A stretch of DNA of 38,498 bases from Psammoneis japonica (taxonomy: Eukaryota): the NCBI GenBank assembly GCA_008632985.1, contig QPGO01000366.1, forward strand, positions 1 through 38,498, in the 5' to 3' direction. The notes below the pieces were generated by a model. That model made no database searches. It was given only the letters and a program-made list of their open reading frames with translations, and was not told the DNA's origin. The translations under genes and the position numbers were made by a program. This document shows, piece after piece, positions 9,695 to 22,026 of the stretch; the first letter of the stretch is position 1; every line of letters begins with the position of its first letter.

Positions 9695-11039
9695 ATGGAC
9701 TGGATTCAAAATTTTCCTGAGACAATGCAAAACAAAGTGTCTCTACAAACCAGTTGTTTGAGCTGTCAAAAATTGTGCTGCAATGATGGATTCTGTTGTG
9801 GAATGAGGCATGGGCAGGAAACTCTTGTTTTGGCGGGAAACTTCCCTCCAACATGGCCCCAATTTGCTGTCCGCAGCCACCCTCCTGAACTTCTGAGTTT
9901 GCTTCCCACAAATCTTCATTGCCAGCCATGCTGCATGGTCTCTTGTGTGCTTTTGCATTCAGCTCCTTTTGGCCCCTCATGTCCAATGGGGGGAAGCCGC
10001 CCTTGCCATCTCCTGGAACAAGGATCAAGAAGGTGGCAACCAGGATGGCTGTCAGCAGCAGCTGGGGTGCTTGCCTTGATGTTGTGGCACGCAATGTTGC
10101 CACGGAGCTGAGAAACTTTCTCTCTCTACAAACCAAGTCATTCATGCAGAGAGTCAACTTTGTCACAGATGCCGCAGAGCTTCTGCCGTCTCCCAAAGCC
10201 AAGCAACTCATTGCCTTTGTTTGTGACAACTTTGTGAGCCAACAAGCAAAACAAAGCATGATGGGAGAAGATTCCTCCCATGCTCCAAATGCTGCACAAG
10301 CAGAACAAGTCCAAAAGGACTGCAATCCTGTGTCCAAGACAGCTTTGGCATCGGCCACATCTGCCCATTTGACTCCTGCTCTTGAGTTGTTTCCTGGAGA
10401 TTTTTTCCCATTCTTCAAAGCTGCCCAACAATTTCTTGATCCAGATGCTAAATCCAACTGCAATGACAACAAGGCCAAGAAGAAGAAAAATCTGTCTGTT
10501 CCTGCAATGAGCAAGTTTAGCCACAAAATGCCGGGTTGTCACTTCAAAGCAAGAACATTGTTGCTGCACCATCAAGGACGAGCCCCTGCAAGTTGCAAGG
10601 GATCTGTGGCCATGATGGTGCCACAACCCCAAAACTTGGTGGGAGCACATTCTTGCCAAAGGTTCATGGGGTCTTTCTCCATTGGCAAAACTGCACGTGT
10701 GCAGCTCATGACAAAAAATGACCCAAATGCACCACCAAAGGACACACAGAGAAAAACTGTGGACCACTTTTCATCATTGGAAGATCTGCCCACATCCATG
10801 TTGCAGCTCAAAATGCAGGAGCTCCACAACAAGGTTTCGAACAAGATTTGCCACTGCATCACACAGAGACAAAGAGAGGTGGCAACAATGGCCCACCCTG
10901 CATCAGAAATCTGTCTTGATGGAAAATCATCTGACACAAAAATCTCCTGCACACAAGACCCAGTTTTGCACTGTCACAAATGGGGTTTGCAGGTTCCAGA
11001 GGGTTTCAATGCAGAGCCCGTTTCTTTGGAAGTTTGCAC

Positions 11040-11525
11040 TTGACAGCCACCTTGGCCTTCACCACTTGTTGCACCCACCTCAGTTTGTTCTTGGTCAACA
11101 ATTTTGACTCTCAGGATTTAAGATGCAATCCCTCAACTTGTGGCAATGATTGGGATGTGCCAGCCACCTGGAGGAGCTTGTCCAGTTGGAATGCCACAGC
11201 CTTGGGATTCACCATTGGCTTGGGTGCCATTTTGATTCTGGTGCTGACATGATTCACCACCTTGCAAGTTCTGTTGGCCACCACAGCCTCCACAGCCATG
11301 ACCACCACAACCACCTTGATTACAACAGTTTCCTTGTTCTCAACCTGGGTGTCCACCTTGGCCACCACAACCTTGTGGACCACAACCTTGACAGCCGCCT
11401 TGGCCTCCACCACGGCCATTGTTGCATCTACCTCAGTTTGTCCTTGGCCAACAATTTTGACTCTCAGGATTTAAGATGCAATCCTTCCACTTGTGGCAAT
11501 GACTGGAATGTGCCAGGCATCTGGA
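11040..11525. repeat. Direct repeat ~135 bp (11040-11172 and 11389-11525)
   Basis: Both contain caacaattttgactctcaggatttaagatgcaatcc...acttgtggcaatga; duplicates the zinc-knuckle segment. Confidence 0.88.
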
Positions 11526-12340
11526 CTCTGCTTTGACACAAGTGCCATTGCTGTGGCTGCATCTTGAGGCTTGGTTGGATGAGAAAGTTCCTTTCCTCTT
11601 CTCATCTTGTTGTTTCTTGGTGTTTCCCTTGTCTGCAAACAACTTCTTGTTGTTCATGCAACTGGCAATCTCCACCCAGCTCTGGCATGCTTCTCATGCC
11701 AGGGTCAAAAGGAAAACTGTCAAAAATCATCTTCTTCTTCTGGGCACCTTTGGCTTGTGAGACATGTTTCCTGGGAGCTTGTTTGAACAATGCATCAACA
11801 TCTCCATGCAATCTGCACATGCCTGCACTTAGGATTGAAAAAGGTTTTTTCAAAGTTGGCAAGCACCCAAGCATTGCATCATGTGCCTCATTGTCAGAAC
11901 AAGACAAACAAAAGCAACTCATCTCTTGATCAAAGCACACCACCATTTTCTGAGGGTCTGGAATCGAATCAGTCAAATTGGCCCACACTTGTCCTCAGCA
12001 GCATCTCCGTCAGCACTTCTTCAAAATTTTCGAACAATTCTGCACCAGTCATGAACTCCAATTTTGCAGCAATCTTACAAGTTCAATCTTCAACAAACAG
12101 CAGTGATTCAATGCCGTGAAAGACATCAAAACAAGGACACTTCTTAGCATGAGCAGTGCCATCATCATGCAATTGAGTTGATTTTACGCTCTCCAAGTGA
12201 GAATGCTCAAATTTTGCCTCACAGTCAATGCAGGGCTCCTTCAATGATTCACTCATTGTCAAAGATCAAATGCAATCACACAATGATCCTTTCTGAGGGC
12301 TCCACCTTTCTCTCCAATTGTTGCCATTGGATTGCCAAAT
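11040..12340 (-). pseudogene. Degenerate retrotransposon Gag-like ORF (CHHC knuckle, Gly/Arg-rich tail), possibly Ty3/gypsy
   Basis: GAELFENFEEVL, DAMLGCLPTLKKPF, KKMIFDSFP, CLAHSSHCHKWKDCILNPESQN, then GRGGGQGGCQGCGPQGCGG (eroded RGG/YGG). Confidence 0.5.
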
Positions 12341-12992
12341 CTTGTTCTTGGCAATTGTGTTGTCTCACTCCTTTTCTTGTGCTGAATGGCCCAGTTTGCT
12401 GTTTTTGCTTGCAGTTCTCTTTTTCTCTGTTTCAAATGTTGATCAGTTGGGAACAACCCCAGTTTCCATCCAATTCCTCTGTTGACTGCAATTGCAGTGC
12501 AAGGTGAAACAAGACAAAGACTTCAGCATCAACAGATTTGTGAGGAGAGGCCAAGGCAATCAAGGTCATAAACAGCAAAGCCCATTGCAGTGGCTTTCTC
12601 TAACTGCCGATGCATTTTTTGATGCTGCACGTCAGAAACAACAGGTGCACAACACTGCAACTTTTGTGGTGGCATGCCGCAGGCACTTTGCAAAATGTCT
12701 TGGCTGCATTCCCATCTCCTTGCTCTCTTTGAGCACACTTGAATGCTGTTGTGTTGCTTGTCACTGCATGTGCAATGTTTGCCATCAGCACCATCATCAT
12801 GGTGTGCACACAAACAAGAAAACCCTGTTGTTGACTTGATGACACGAAACATGACAACAGCCCAAGAAAGCAAAAGTTCAGATGCAAGCAGAGAGCAGCA
12901 TGATGACAACAGTTCTTTTTGAGCTCCATTGTTCACAAGCTGTTGCCATCTTTCTTGTTGTTTGTCATGATTGCTGCCATGGGACAGGCATT

Positions 12993-13317
12993 GATGGGGA
13001 TCTGTTCTGGTTGGATGCTGCCAACTGATGACAACAATGTTTGCATGAGACACCCTGTGTGCAGTTGGAAACAAACTGCTTGTCAATGACATTTTTCAAA
13101 ACAAATTTAACTCAACCAGCAGGATGGTGCCAAGCAGAAATGCTGCCCCCAGGGGGTTCTGTCAGATGAGCTGTGAATGACTGTGTGACACTTTGAATGA
13201 GATGGGGATTTGGGCTGGATCTGCAATCTGGCAAGGCAACAACAATGTTTCCATGAGACACCCCATGTGCAGTTAGAAACAAACTGCACATCAATGATGT
13301 TTTTTGAAAATGAGTTT
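12993..13317. repeat. Direct repeat ~115 bp (12993-13108 and 13201-13317)
   Basis: Shared gatggggat...acaacaatgttt.catgagacaccc..tgtgcagtt.gaaacaaactgc...tcaatga. Confidence 0.8.
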
Positions 13318-16132
13318 CACTGCAGCCACCTGGCAACTCCCCTCAGTCGCTGTTGCTGCTGCCAGACAATTCACTTGAGCAGCCCGTCTCATCCTCGCTG
13401 CTCCCCAAATGACAGCTGGAAAAGTTTGCAGCCTTTGTCACCCACCAAAACTCTGCATGCTGATGGGTGCACTCATTGAGGGTTTTTTTTGTTTTGTCAC
13501 CCAGCAATCTGCCAACACTGGCATCAAACATTGACATCTTCTCCAGCAGAGAAAATCTTTTGTTGTCAAGCTGCTCTTTTCACCATTGCATCAATGAAGT
13601 GCACGTGCAAGAACATTGTTTTAAAGGCTGTCATTGCCCAAGTGCCAAAAATGCAGAAAGCAAACTGCAGATCACAGAGTGAGGGGGGGGTGCAAAAGCA
13701 GTGTTCAGAGAACAGAGCTCATGGCAAAATCTGAAAAAGTGACAAAAGAGCATGCATCAAAAACAAGAGCAGCCAGATCAAGCCACAAAATTGACAAGAA
13801 CAAGAGGAACAAAACAAAGCAGATGCATGCCATTGCAGCATGCCTTGCCACATGTGGGTGGCAGATTTGGATCCATGTGATGAAAAAGCTCCACCTTGTA
13901 AAATTTGGCATGCAATGATTTGAAGTCTCTGCAGATGCTGTGAGATCATGATGCAAGCAGGAGAGGCTGGCCGGCAATGGATCTGACACTCATCAAACAT
14001 GGCCCATCTGTCCTGTTGTTCAATTGTGGCATGTCCATGGCAGAAAGCAACAATCTGATGTGGTCAGCTGTTCTTGAGAAACATGGTGTCAGTGCAGGAC
14101 AATGGCTTGCATGGCATGTGCAATGCCTCAAAGCAATGGATGTGCCAGCATTGTGAGAGATCATTGAGAGGGTGATTTCCAATGGCAAAACCCTGTCTCC
14201 TGTCTGGTTTTGCAGGAAACACCAAAGGGGGTGGATGCAGCACCCACAATCAGTGGCATGAGGCTGGAAATTGAAGCACCAGAGACAAGCATCATGTCAC
14301 AAACTTGGCTTGCAAAGGAGTGCCTGGTGATCCAGAGTTGGACCCACCTGCAAACAGGGATCCCTTTGCAAGGACAAGATGATCCACACCATGCAAATGG
14401 TGCAAACAGCCACTGTCACATGGCACAAATGAGGTTTAGAGAAAATGGCTTTGTCAACAACATGGCAGTCAAACCATTGGCAGACATCCTTGGGTGGAGC
14501 ATCTGGATCAAACAGACACTTGGATTGTGGAGGCATCAAAGATGTCACAGTGTTGGGTGTGCAGGACAAAGGGGACATTTTTGATGCAGCGCAGTTGCAG
14601 CCAAGCTCATCACCAACAAGGTCCTTGAAATCTGCCATTGCAGAAGTGCCTGATGTTGTCACAGGTGGAGGTGCTGATGTGCATTTTTGTGGGAATGAAT
14701 TGTCAGAGAGTTTGTTCCAATCCTGGCAGTTGCGTTTCATGCTTGGGTCAAAGTGCATCTCCACAGTGCTGGTGACAATGGTCACTTTCTGAGCACAATT
14801 CTTTGCAGTCAAACATCATCTGTCATGAGAGACATCATCAACCACTGGAGTTCAGACAAGAAGAGGAGCCCCTGCTTGAATGGAGATTCCACTGACTTGG
14901 CATCAGCAGGGTCTCATGTCTGTGGGATGAGGATGTTCTTGAGGATGTGCTCTCTTGACAGAGGTGGCAACAATGCCATCTTTGGATTGGGTGTGTTTGG
15001 CATCATCATGAAAGGATCAAGATCAAGTGGCAACTTGCCACAAACTTCACCCATGTGCTTTGAGACCTCAGAGAGATGTGGGTGTGCTGGAAACATGATT
15101 TGAACCTCTCAGAGGCTGTTGGTGGTGTGCTTTTCACTCTCAGTTGGCACCATGGTTCTCAGGTGCACAAAAAGGTGGTCATGCACAGCCATTTGATTTG
15201 CACTCAGGAAAAGCCAATGTTGCCATTTGTCAGCAAGCCACTGGTGCCACTCCAGTCTTCAACAGTGATGCCAAGTTTGTTGCAAAAACCAGCTCAGTGG
15301 CACAAACGGGATGATGTTTTTAGCACTGTTTTGTGTCTCAGAAAATGCCTTGGTTCTGAGAAAAAGGTGCTTGCGGGAGCAGAAAAGTGAGGCAGACTCG
15401 ATGGGCTCACAAAATGATCAAGGCAAGATGGGATTTGCAGCGCAAATGAACATGCGATGGCACAAGGCCACAACCTAACGGAGCAGCGACAGCAAGGGTG
15501 ACACACGTGTGAGACCTCCCTGCAAACCGATGACAGTGACAACACGTGTGCTAGCTAAGAAGAAAAAATGAGAAGTAAATCTCGGATGGAGATCTGCTGT
15601 GTCCGAGCACCGTACATCACTCGGTCAGCTGACATTGAAATGAAGCATTGCCGATTGCTTTGATGGGGGTGGCAAATGTGACTCACCCTCTTTAGACATA
15701 GAGAATGTGGAAACGACACGGAGTAGAAAGTAGAATGTATTGATAACAATAATTCTGTACAAAGGAGAGCTTCATAATGTGACATCACTAGTCATCTGGT
15801 CCGTTTTGTTTGTCGTACAATACATACTTTTGGTGGAGCGTCGCCGGATGATAGATGGACAGCCTGCTGTTTCAATTTTCAATTATGCTAGGTCAACACC
15901 AGACCTCCCATGTTGGGAGCGGTTGGCATAATGTTACTCAACGCTACTCTGGCTATCTATCTCTATTCTACAGTACCTAGTATGCAAGGCTTCTCTCTCT
16001 AGAGGCTACAGTAAGTCGTATCACGGTACTCTTATAATGCCCGCGACGTTTGATCTCGTGCAGTCAATGAAGCTTGTCTTTGAATATGACACCGTTCAAG
16101 AAAACAGGAAGGAAATCCCATACCAGTGTCTG

Positions 16133-17717
16133 TCATCTGCGATTGCTGCGTTCGTGTTGAGCCTTGGCGGCTTTCTTCAAGTAAGGTTGCATCTCCTTCT
16201 GCCTCTTCGTTCGACGCTTTTCGGCAACAGAAATCTTGTTCTCCACGAGATTCTTTAGTTGGTCCATCTCCTCTTTGCTCACTTCTGGCCAGCATTTTGG
16301 ATACCACGGTCCATCTAGCTCAGCGACTTCATCCGCGCTACGTGCACCGTTTTCTTCGTTCCACAAAACGCTTAATTCCGTCCCATACCCACGGGGTATT
16401 ACAGAACTTCCCGGGCCATACCGTATGGAATACCTTCGATATACCAGAGCCTTGTCGTGGTCGTGGTTATGGCTTTGTACCACACTCCGTTCAAACGGGA
16501 CCGTTCGATGAAAAACCCATCTCTCGTGAAATATGATGTCTCCTCGTTTCAAATCATAAACTCGCCTGGTCTCTTCCATGCGTCGATGGATATGCGGTGC
16601 CTCCACCTCCAGGTTACATGTACCTGCACCAATTCGGTTCTCAAACATGTCAGCCACTGACTGAAATCCTTCTGTCGGGAACGTAAGAGTAGAACCTATT
16701 GCACGGTGAGCATCATGACGCCATGAGGCACTGTGTGAGCCTACCGCCAGAGCGAATCCACCCCCATTCGCAATGGGCATATCGTCGATGGCTATCCAGG
16801 CATTCACACCGGGAGAAGAGGCAGTTGCGGGCCAGAAGCCTAGATCATCGACGTGCCAACCACAAACGTACTCTTCGTCGTCTTTTGTAAGAAAAATATC
16901 CCTAACGCGCAAGCAAGAGAAAGCTTAGCATGAACAACAAGATGGCTTCGAGCAACACACGACAAATTAGACAAACAATTTCGTCACCTCATTAGGCGCA
17001 GGGTTTGGTTCTTGTCAGTTGATAAGCCAAGAAGATCAGCCGCAAACTCTGGTACAGCAGAGGTGAGAGCCACTTCTCTGAATGCAGATAAATCGCGGCT
17101 TTGTCTCTCATCGTCAGAAGGTCCGACATTGTCCTTTTCTATTTCACCGTTTTCGTCGTTTGAAGATGGAGGATCAAGAAAAGCAGCTCCCATTCGAACC
17201 ATGTGAAACTGTGTATTGGATCGTTTCTGATTCCGCTTCTCGTCAACAATGCGTTGCTCACTAACGAGCTGGGCAGAAGCATGTTCTAGTCGTAGAAGCA
17301 TATCGTCCGTCAATAGGCCCCTGATAGCAACGACACCATCTTTTGCAAAGGCGGATCTGATATCGTTCGTAACTAGCTTCCACTTCCTACAGTCACATTA
17401 TGTATGATTGGATCATCAATTTCTGGGGCCTTGCCCAGGGGAGCTCGGTATTTTAGTCGCGTCTCGAATGCATGAAAAAGCTCATCATCGTTGGTTACAA
17501 TAGCTACAGCCACTGCAACAAGAAGTACAGCAAATGCCATGGAAAGCGCCCATTTCGAATTGCCAAATAAAGCGATTCGATCTGTCAATTCGTACAGAAA
17601 CTGCGATCTCTTGTCCTCCTCGTCTTCAAACAATGAATCTTCCTCCTCCTCTTCCGAAGACAAAACGTCATGGGAAGAATCATCGCCACTCTCGTCTCCA
17701 CTGCTGCCATCATCCAT
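16133..17717 (-). CDS. Phytanoyl-CoA dioxygenase (PhyH)-like 2OG-Fe(II) oxygenase with N-terminal TM segment
   Basis: FAKDGVVAIRGLL, GWHVDD (HxD), VNAWIAIDD, GSH, GDIIFHERWVFHRT; intron 16902-16987 joins in frame (MR|DIF); one probable indel near 17390; start at MDDG assumed. Confidence 0.82.
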
Positions 17718-18285
17718 TGTTCGGTTCTGACGGTGTAAGGTTACCAGGTATGATGGTGCTTCAAAGTGTAATACTTGTAACCGTATTATTTGCCACATGT
17801 GCGGTGCGGTGTTTTTCTTCATCGTGTACTGACCGTCGTTCGCTGATTTGTCGATCGGCACTTTATTCTCAGCGTCCAAAGGATGCACCTCAATGGCGAG
17901 TGCGACGCTGTAACGATAACGATTTGGCACACGATACGTAGTGCACTCGTTCTATACACTACCGCAGGAAGCATATGATTATTGATTGTAACATTGATTT
18001 AGTCGAACGACGATGCTGTCGATGTCTTCGCAATTCACAATGGCCGATGGCGGTATGAGAAATGGAGCAACAACAACTTCAACAACTCATTCAAACACGT
18101 AACGGCGAATGCAAAATAGATCCGATGAAGAGAAAAGCATTAATCTTGCTGTAGATAACCTCACCTGAAACTCCAAGGACTATTGGGACTACCGGTATGA
18201 TACAGTATTAGGTCGAGTAAATGCTCTTTTCAGCAGAGATTGTCAAAGACGATGACACGCCACCTTGGAACATGATGTCACATTG

Positions 18286-18372
18286 TACAATGTATTGATA
18301 CTCGGTGCTTCCTATGGATCCCTCTTGGCAACAGAGATTCTTCTTGCCGGCCACAAAGTTACTTTGGTAGAC
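18286..18372 (+). pseudogene. Isolated N-terminal Rossmann-fold fragment (ketopantoate-reductase-like)
   Basis: YNVLILGASYGSLLATEILLAGHKVTLVD is a clear beta-alpha-beta start; similarity ends after ~30 aa. Confidence 0.55.
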
Positions 18373-18837
18373 CGAGAGCCACGGTTGCGGCGCTGGTTGA
18401 ATTGCTTGTTCATAATCGAGCCGAACGTTAGCATCGTATGCGGGTGGAGCTTGCTGCGCCTCAATTAGGCACAAAAGCCCACTGCTGGGACGTTCGGCGG
18501 CACTATTGCAAAGGCGATCCGCCCCTGCAGTTAGCTATTTCGTCTTTTTGCAATACTGTTCTCAGGTCCGTCAAATTGGTGAGAACTGCGGGCCCTCAAG
18601 ACTTGGTATCTATTGTAATTTCAGATGAGGGACTCACTGTGTCGGCGAATGCCAGAATTACCGTGAAGCCTACTTCTCAACGGCTTTGACGCAGGTCTTG
18701 CCAATTGCTTTGCCGACTGGAAGAGCAGTCTTCCCCTCAACAGCGCGTCTCATCCAGGCAGCTGCTCGGACCAACCAGCAAACGCTAATATCCCGGACTA
18801 CTTTGACTTTCGGCAAAGAAGTCTATTCCCTACCTTG

Positions 18838-19277
18838 ATTCTCTTCAAGGCATTGTCGGCTTCTGCCATGCAAGTTGCAGAGAATGCAGGTATCGAAGGA
18901 GCCGTGGTTCTAGCCAAGATTCAATCTCTTACGGAAGAAAAGGGAGTAAGTTGTCTTTGTATCCGGCCGCCCTCTAGTATTGTTATGAGGCATCCTCACG
19001 GAATCTTCTCGTTATCCTCTGTCCTTGCAGTTTGGTTGGTGCTGGGATGCTGCCACCCTTGAATGCTGCGACTTAATGGAGAGAGGTGTCATAAACCCAG
19101 CCAAGGTGACTATTAACGCCATTGAAAACTCGGCCAGTGTGGCTGGATTGGTTCTCACAACTGAATGCCTACTAGTGACGGAAATTCCGACTGAGATGAG
19201 CGAAGAGGATAAGCAGAGGATGTTTGACGAAAAAAGCCACGGGAGCAGGCATTGGTCCCGGTATTCCAGGTGCGTAG
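18838..19277 (+). pseudogene. cpn60: 3' fragment of chaperonin 60 (GroEL/Cpn60)
   Basis: QVAENAGIEGAVV, intron 18946-19030, then GVINPAKVTINAIENSASVAGLVLTTE and a GAGIGPGIPGA tail after a frameshift; the N-terminal ~80% is absent upstream. Confidence 0.85.
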
Positions 19278-22026
19278 TTAGGAACTCAATCTGACTCGTT
19301 TATTACATCTCTCTCTCACACACTCAACATTGTATTTTTTCTTGTTGTAGACTACTAAATAGCTAAAAGGTTTACTGGCATGTTGTATGAATACAACTTC
19401 TCTATGGTAGAATCGGGATGCTTGCAAGTATGTTAAACCGTTTGAAATGCTTGTAGCTAGAAGATGCATTTAAATCGGTCTAGTGTCCGAAGTGCAAAAA
19501 GGGGTTGTAGCATTGCTCGCCAGTCAAGTTACAGTATAAGGTTGATAGCTCAAACGAGGGAGGCAGTGCTTCGCTACGTCCACCGCATCGCCTCCTTCGT
19601 TGTATAGCGTCTTTTACCTACGCAGCAAATGGTGCAGCCCTCTGCAATTTCGAAAACGATCTGTTTTGTTATGCAAGGAGCCACGAGAAGAAGGGGCGAT
19701 CACGGTGAATGGGATTGGGGTGGCGGCCGTGATAATGCGAGTGCTTAGTGAAATTGATCAAAGTGACTGCTGTGTCTTGGAGAACGCACTTGGGTCGACT
19801 GCTCGCAACACAGAACCGCTTTTACATAAAATGGATGGTATATCTATCTAGTTTCAAACGAAAGTAACCACCAAGGCTCAGGGAGTCGCGTCATTTGTAA
19901 CTGTGTCAGGAGAAGGACGTTTCTCGGGGAACACGTCAACCGCTAAGGGCCAGAGACGCGCCTGTTGCGTAAGAACGCCATCCACTGCGTGGATTACGTG
20001 AAGATTGGAGGTACGATGTGCTTTCGGTATCACGTCTCAATCCAGTGAAACGAATGACAGATACGTGAAGGAGCTCGAGGAATAATGAGCCTTGAGAACG
20101 CCACTGTCCTGACAACATCGCTAGCAACCGTAGATGCGACTGCAGATAATATATAGCTACTTCTTGTTGCTTTTCTCCATTCATGTCATCTGTTGAAATA
20201 GAAATCGAATCTGAAAAAGAGTGTGAGTTATAAAGTATAACTCAGCGAGTAGATCAATACGAACGATCGATACAAACAGATCTTCAAACGCTGTGGGACG
20301 TGGAGAATATAGCTGATATAACGGGCCGGCGACCCATAGGAGTATTAAACCTACGGGGGATCAGATATGAGATGATCAATGAGCAACTCAAGCGGTCTGA
20401 ACCACCTTACAACCTTCACGAAAAAGGCTGCCCTTCGGGGGTATCTAGCACACCGTCTTAGTCCACGACGTCAACAGGCGTTCAGCGTGCATTCAAAAGA
20501 AAGAAAGCAGGGGCTGGCCCTCATATGGTTCCTGCTTAAACAACCGTTGCACTAAAAAGTGCGTTGGTTGGCACCGGGTTACTGCCGTATTGGACGTTTA
20601 CAAGCATTCAGCGCACACGCAAGAAGCGAGTTTGCTGGCAATCGTGGTGTATCTCCGTCGGAACCACGGACTACTTTGACAGGCAATCGTCATTTCGCCT
20701 CGAACCGACTTCCAAAGATATACGCAATCAAACGCACAGAGGAAAACCGTCAAGGACCCAAGCCTTCAGGTCTACATGGTAATCGTGTGCGGACGACATT
20801 CAATGACTTAACTCCAGCAGATCTAATTCGCAACGAGAACGAGACGATCGACTCACCTTTAGCAGAGATATGATGCAACCATGGCAATACAGACAACGAT
20901 GTGTTTCAAAAGGTCGAATGGCGATTTTTGTGTGCTTCGTGCAACAATGAGCAAAGTGATTCGGATTTCACGTGTCCCGCCCGGGCTTGCCGTTTCAAAT
21001 TTTTTTGAAAATGTGGCGGGAAAACCAACGGGTTTTTCACTATCACATTTTGTGTATAGTGTGCGAACCCTAATGACGTAGGCCAAATTCATCAAAGCAT
21101 ACGAGCTCCGAACTCCAAGATTTCCTTCCCTCCGCCAAACATAACGCAACAACAAAAAACAGCGCAACAATGATGTCGTCGCTTCCAAGGGCAGAAGAAG
21201 CAATACGGTATATTTGAACCACAAGCAAACACACCATACACCAACAAAGGGATGAGTTGAGTGCTCTGATACTACAGCATTCAAAAGTGGCTTCATGAGT
21301 GTGCCCTTTGTCGATGCAATTGACGACGAAACCACCCTCGTTGACCTGACGTCTCGACTCAAGTCGCCATGCATCCGGCACCGGCACTTTGCGTTTGACC
21401 ACGACTGAGCCCAATTCTTGTGCCTCTCGACGGATACGGTCCCTTACAGTTGGTTCTGTATCCCCTGATAGTAGAACAGATGACTTTTCTCGTTGGAATC
21501 ATCTGGCACGCTTCAGGAACGCTCGTTTGATGGAGCGCCCTGTACTCTGTACTGCGGCTGTAAATGATTGTTTTCAACGGATGGGTGGTGTCAAGCTCAC
21601 GTCCAGAGCCTCCAGTAGACGTCTAGTTCGATCCATATCACTTCCTCCCAATCTGAGTTCCATCACAATAAAACAGTGTCATGCCGTCCGCAACCAGATT
21701 TCTCTGATGAGACTTAGTACTTTAGCACCCGGCACATACCTAGAAAAGGAATCTCGGGTTTTTACACGAACGATGCTGAACAAGCTCTTCCAGTCTGGGC
21801 GTCACCGTGATGGTGCACACTTAACAGGAACGGACAGCACTGCCAATTCATTCCGACGTAACGTGGGCACAACAAGCAGCACGCAGCTCTCATAGCTTCT
21901 CTCGAGCGAGCGAGAGGCTGTAGATCTGACGGTATTGTCAATGTCATTAAAGGATATCCATCACGGTTCACCTACAACTAATGGCTAGACGGAGAAGGTG
22001 CTTTCGATGGGCTTCAATTTTTTTGG

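Larger units (their letters stand above)
7081..15550. mobile_element. Nest of decayed transposable elements, TpA- and CpG-depleted
   Basis: Near-total loss of TA, strong loss of CG, excess CA/TG; contains transposase and Gag relics; sharp compositional borders. Confidence 0.8.

Noticed and set aside
7081..15550. Dense overlapping Cys/His/Gln-rich ORFs on all six frames as novel genes
   Set aside because: Loss of TpA removes TAA/TAG stops and CA/TG excess yields C, H, Q, M and W codons, so these ORFs are compositional artefacts.
19500..22000. Short ORFs at 19.6-22 kb and 22790-23236 as genes
   Set aside because: No recognisable motifs, splice structure or consistent frame.
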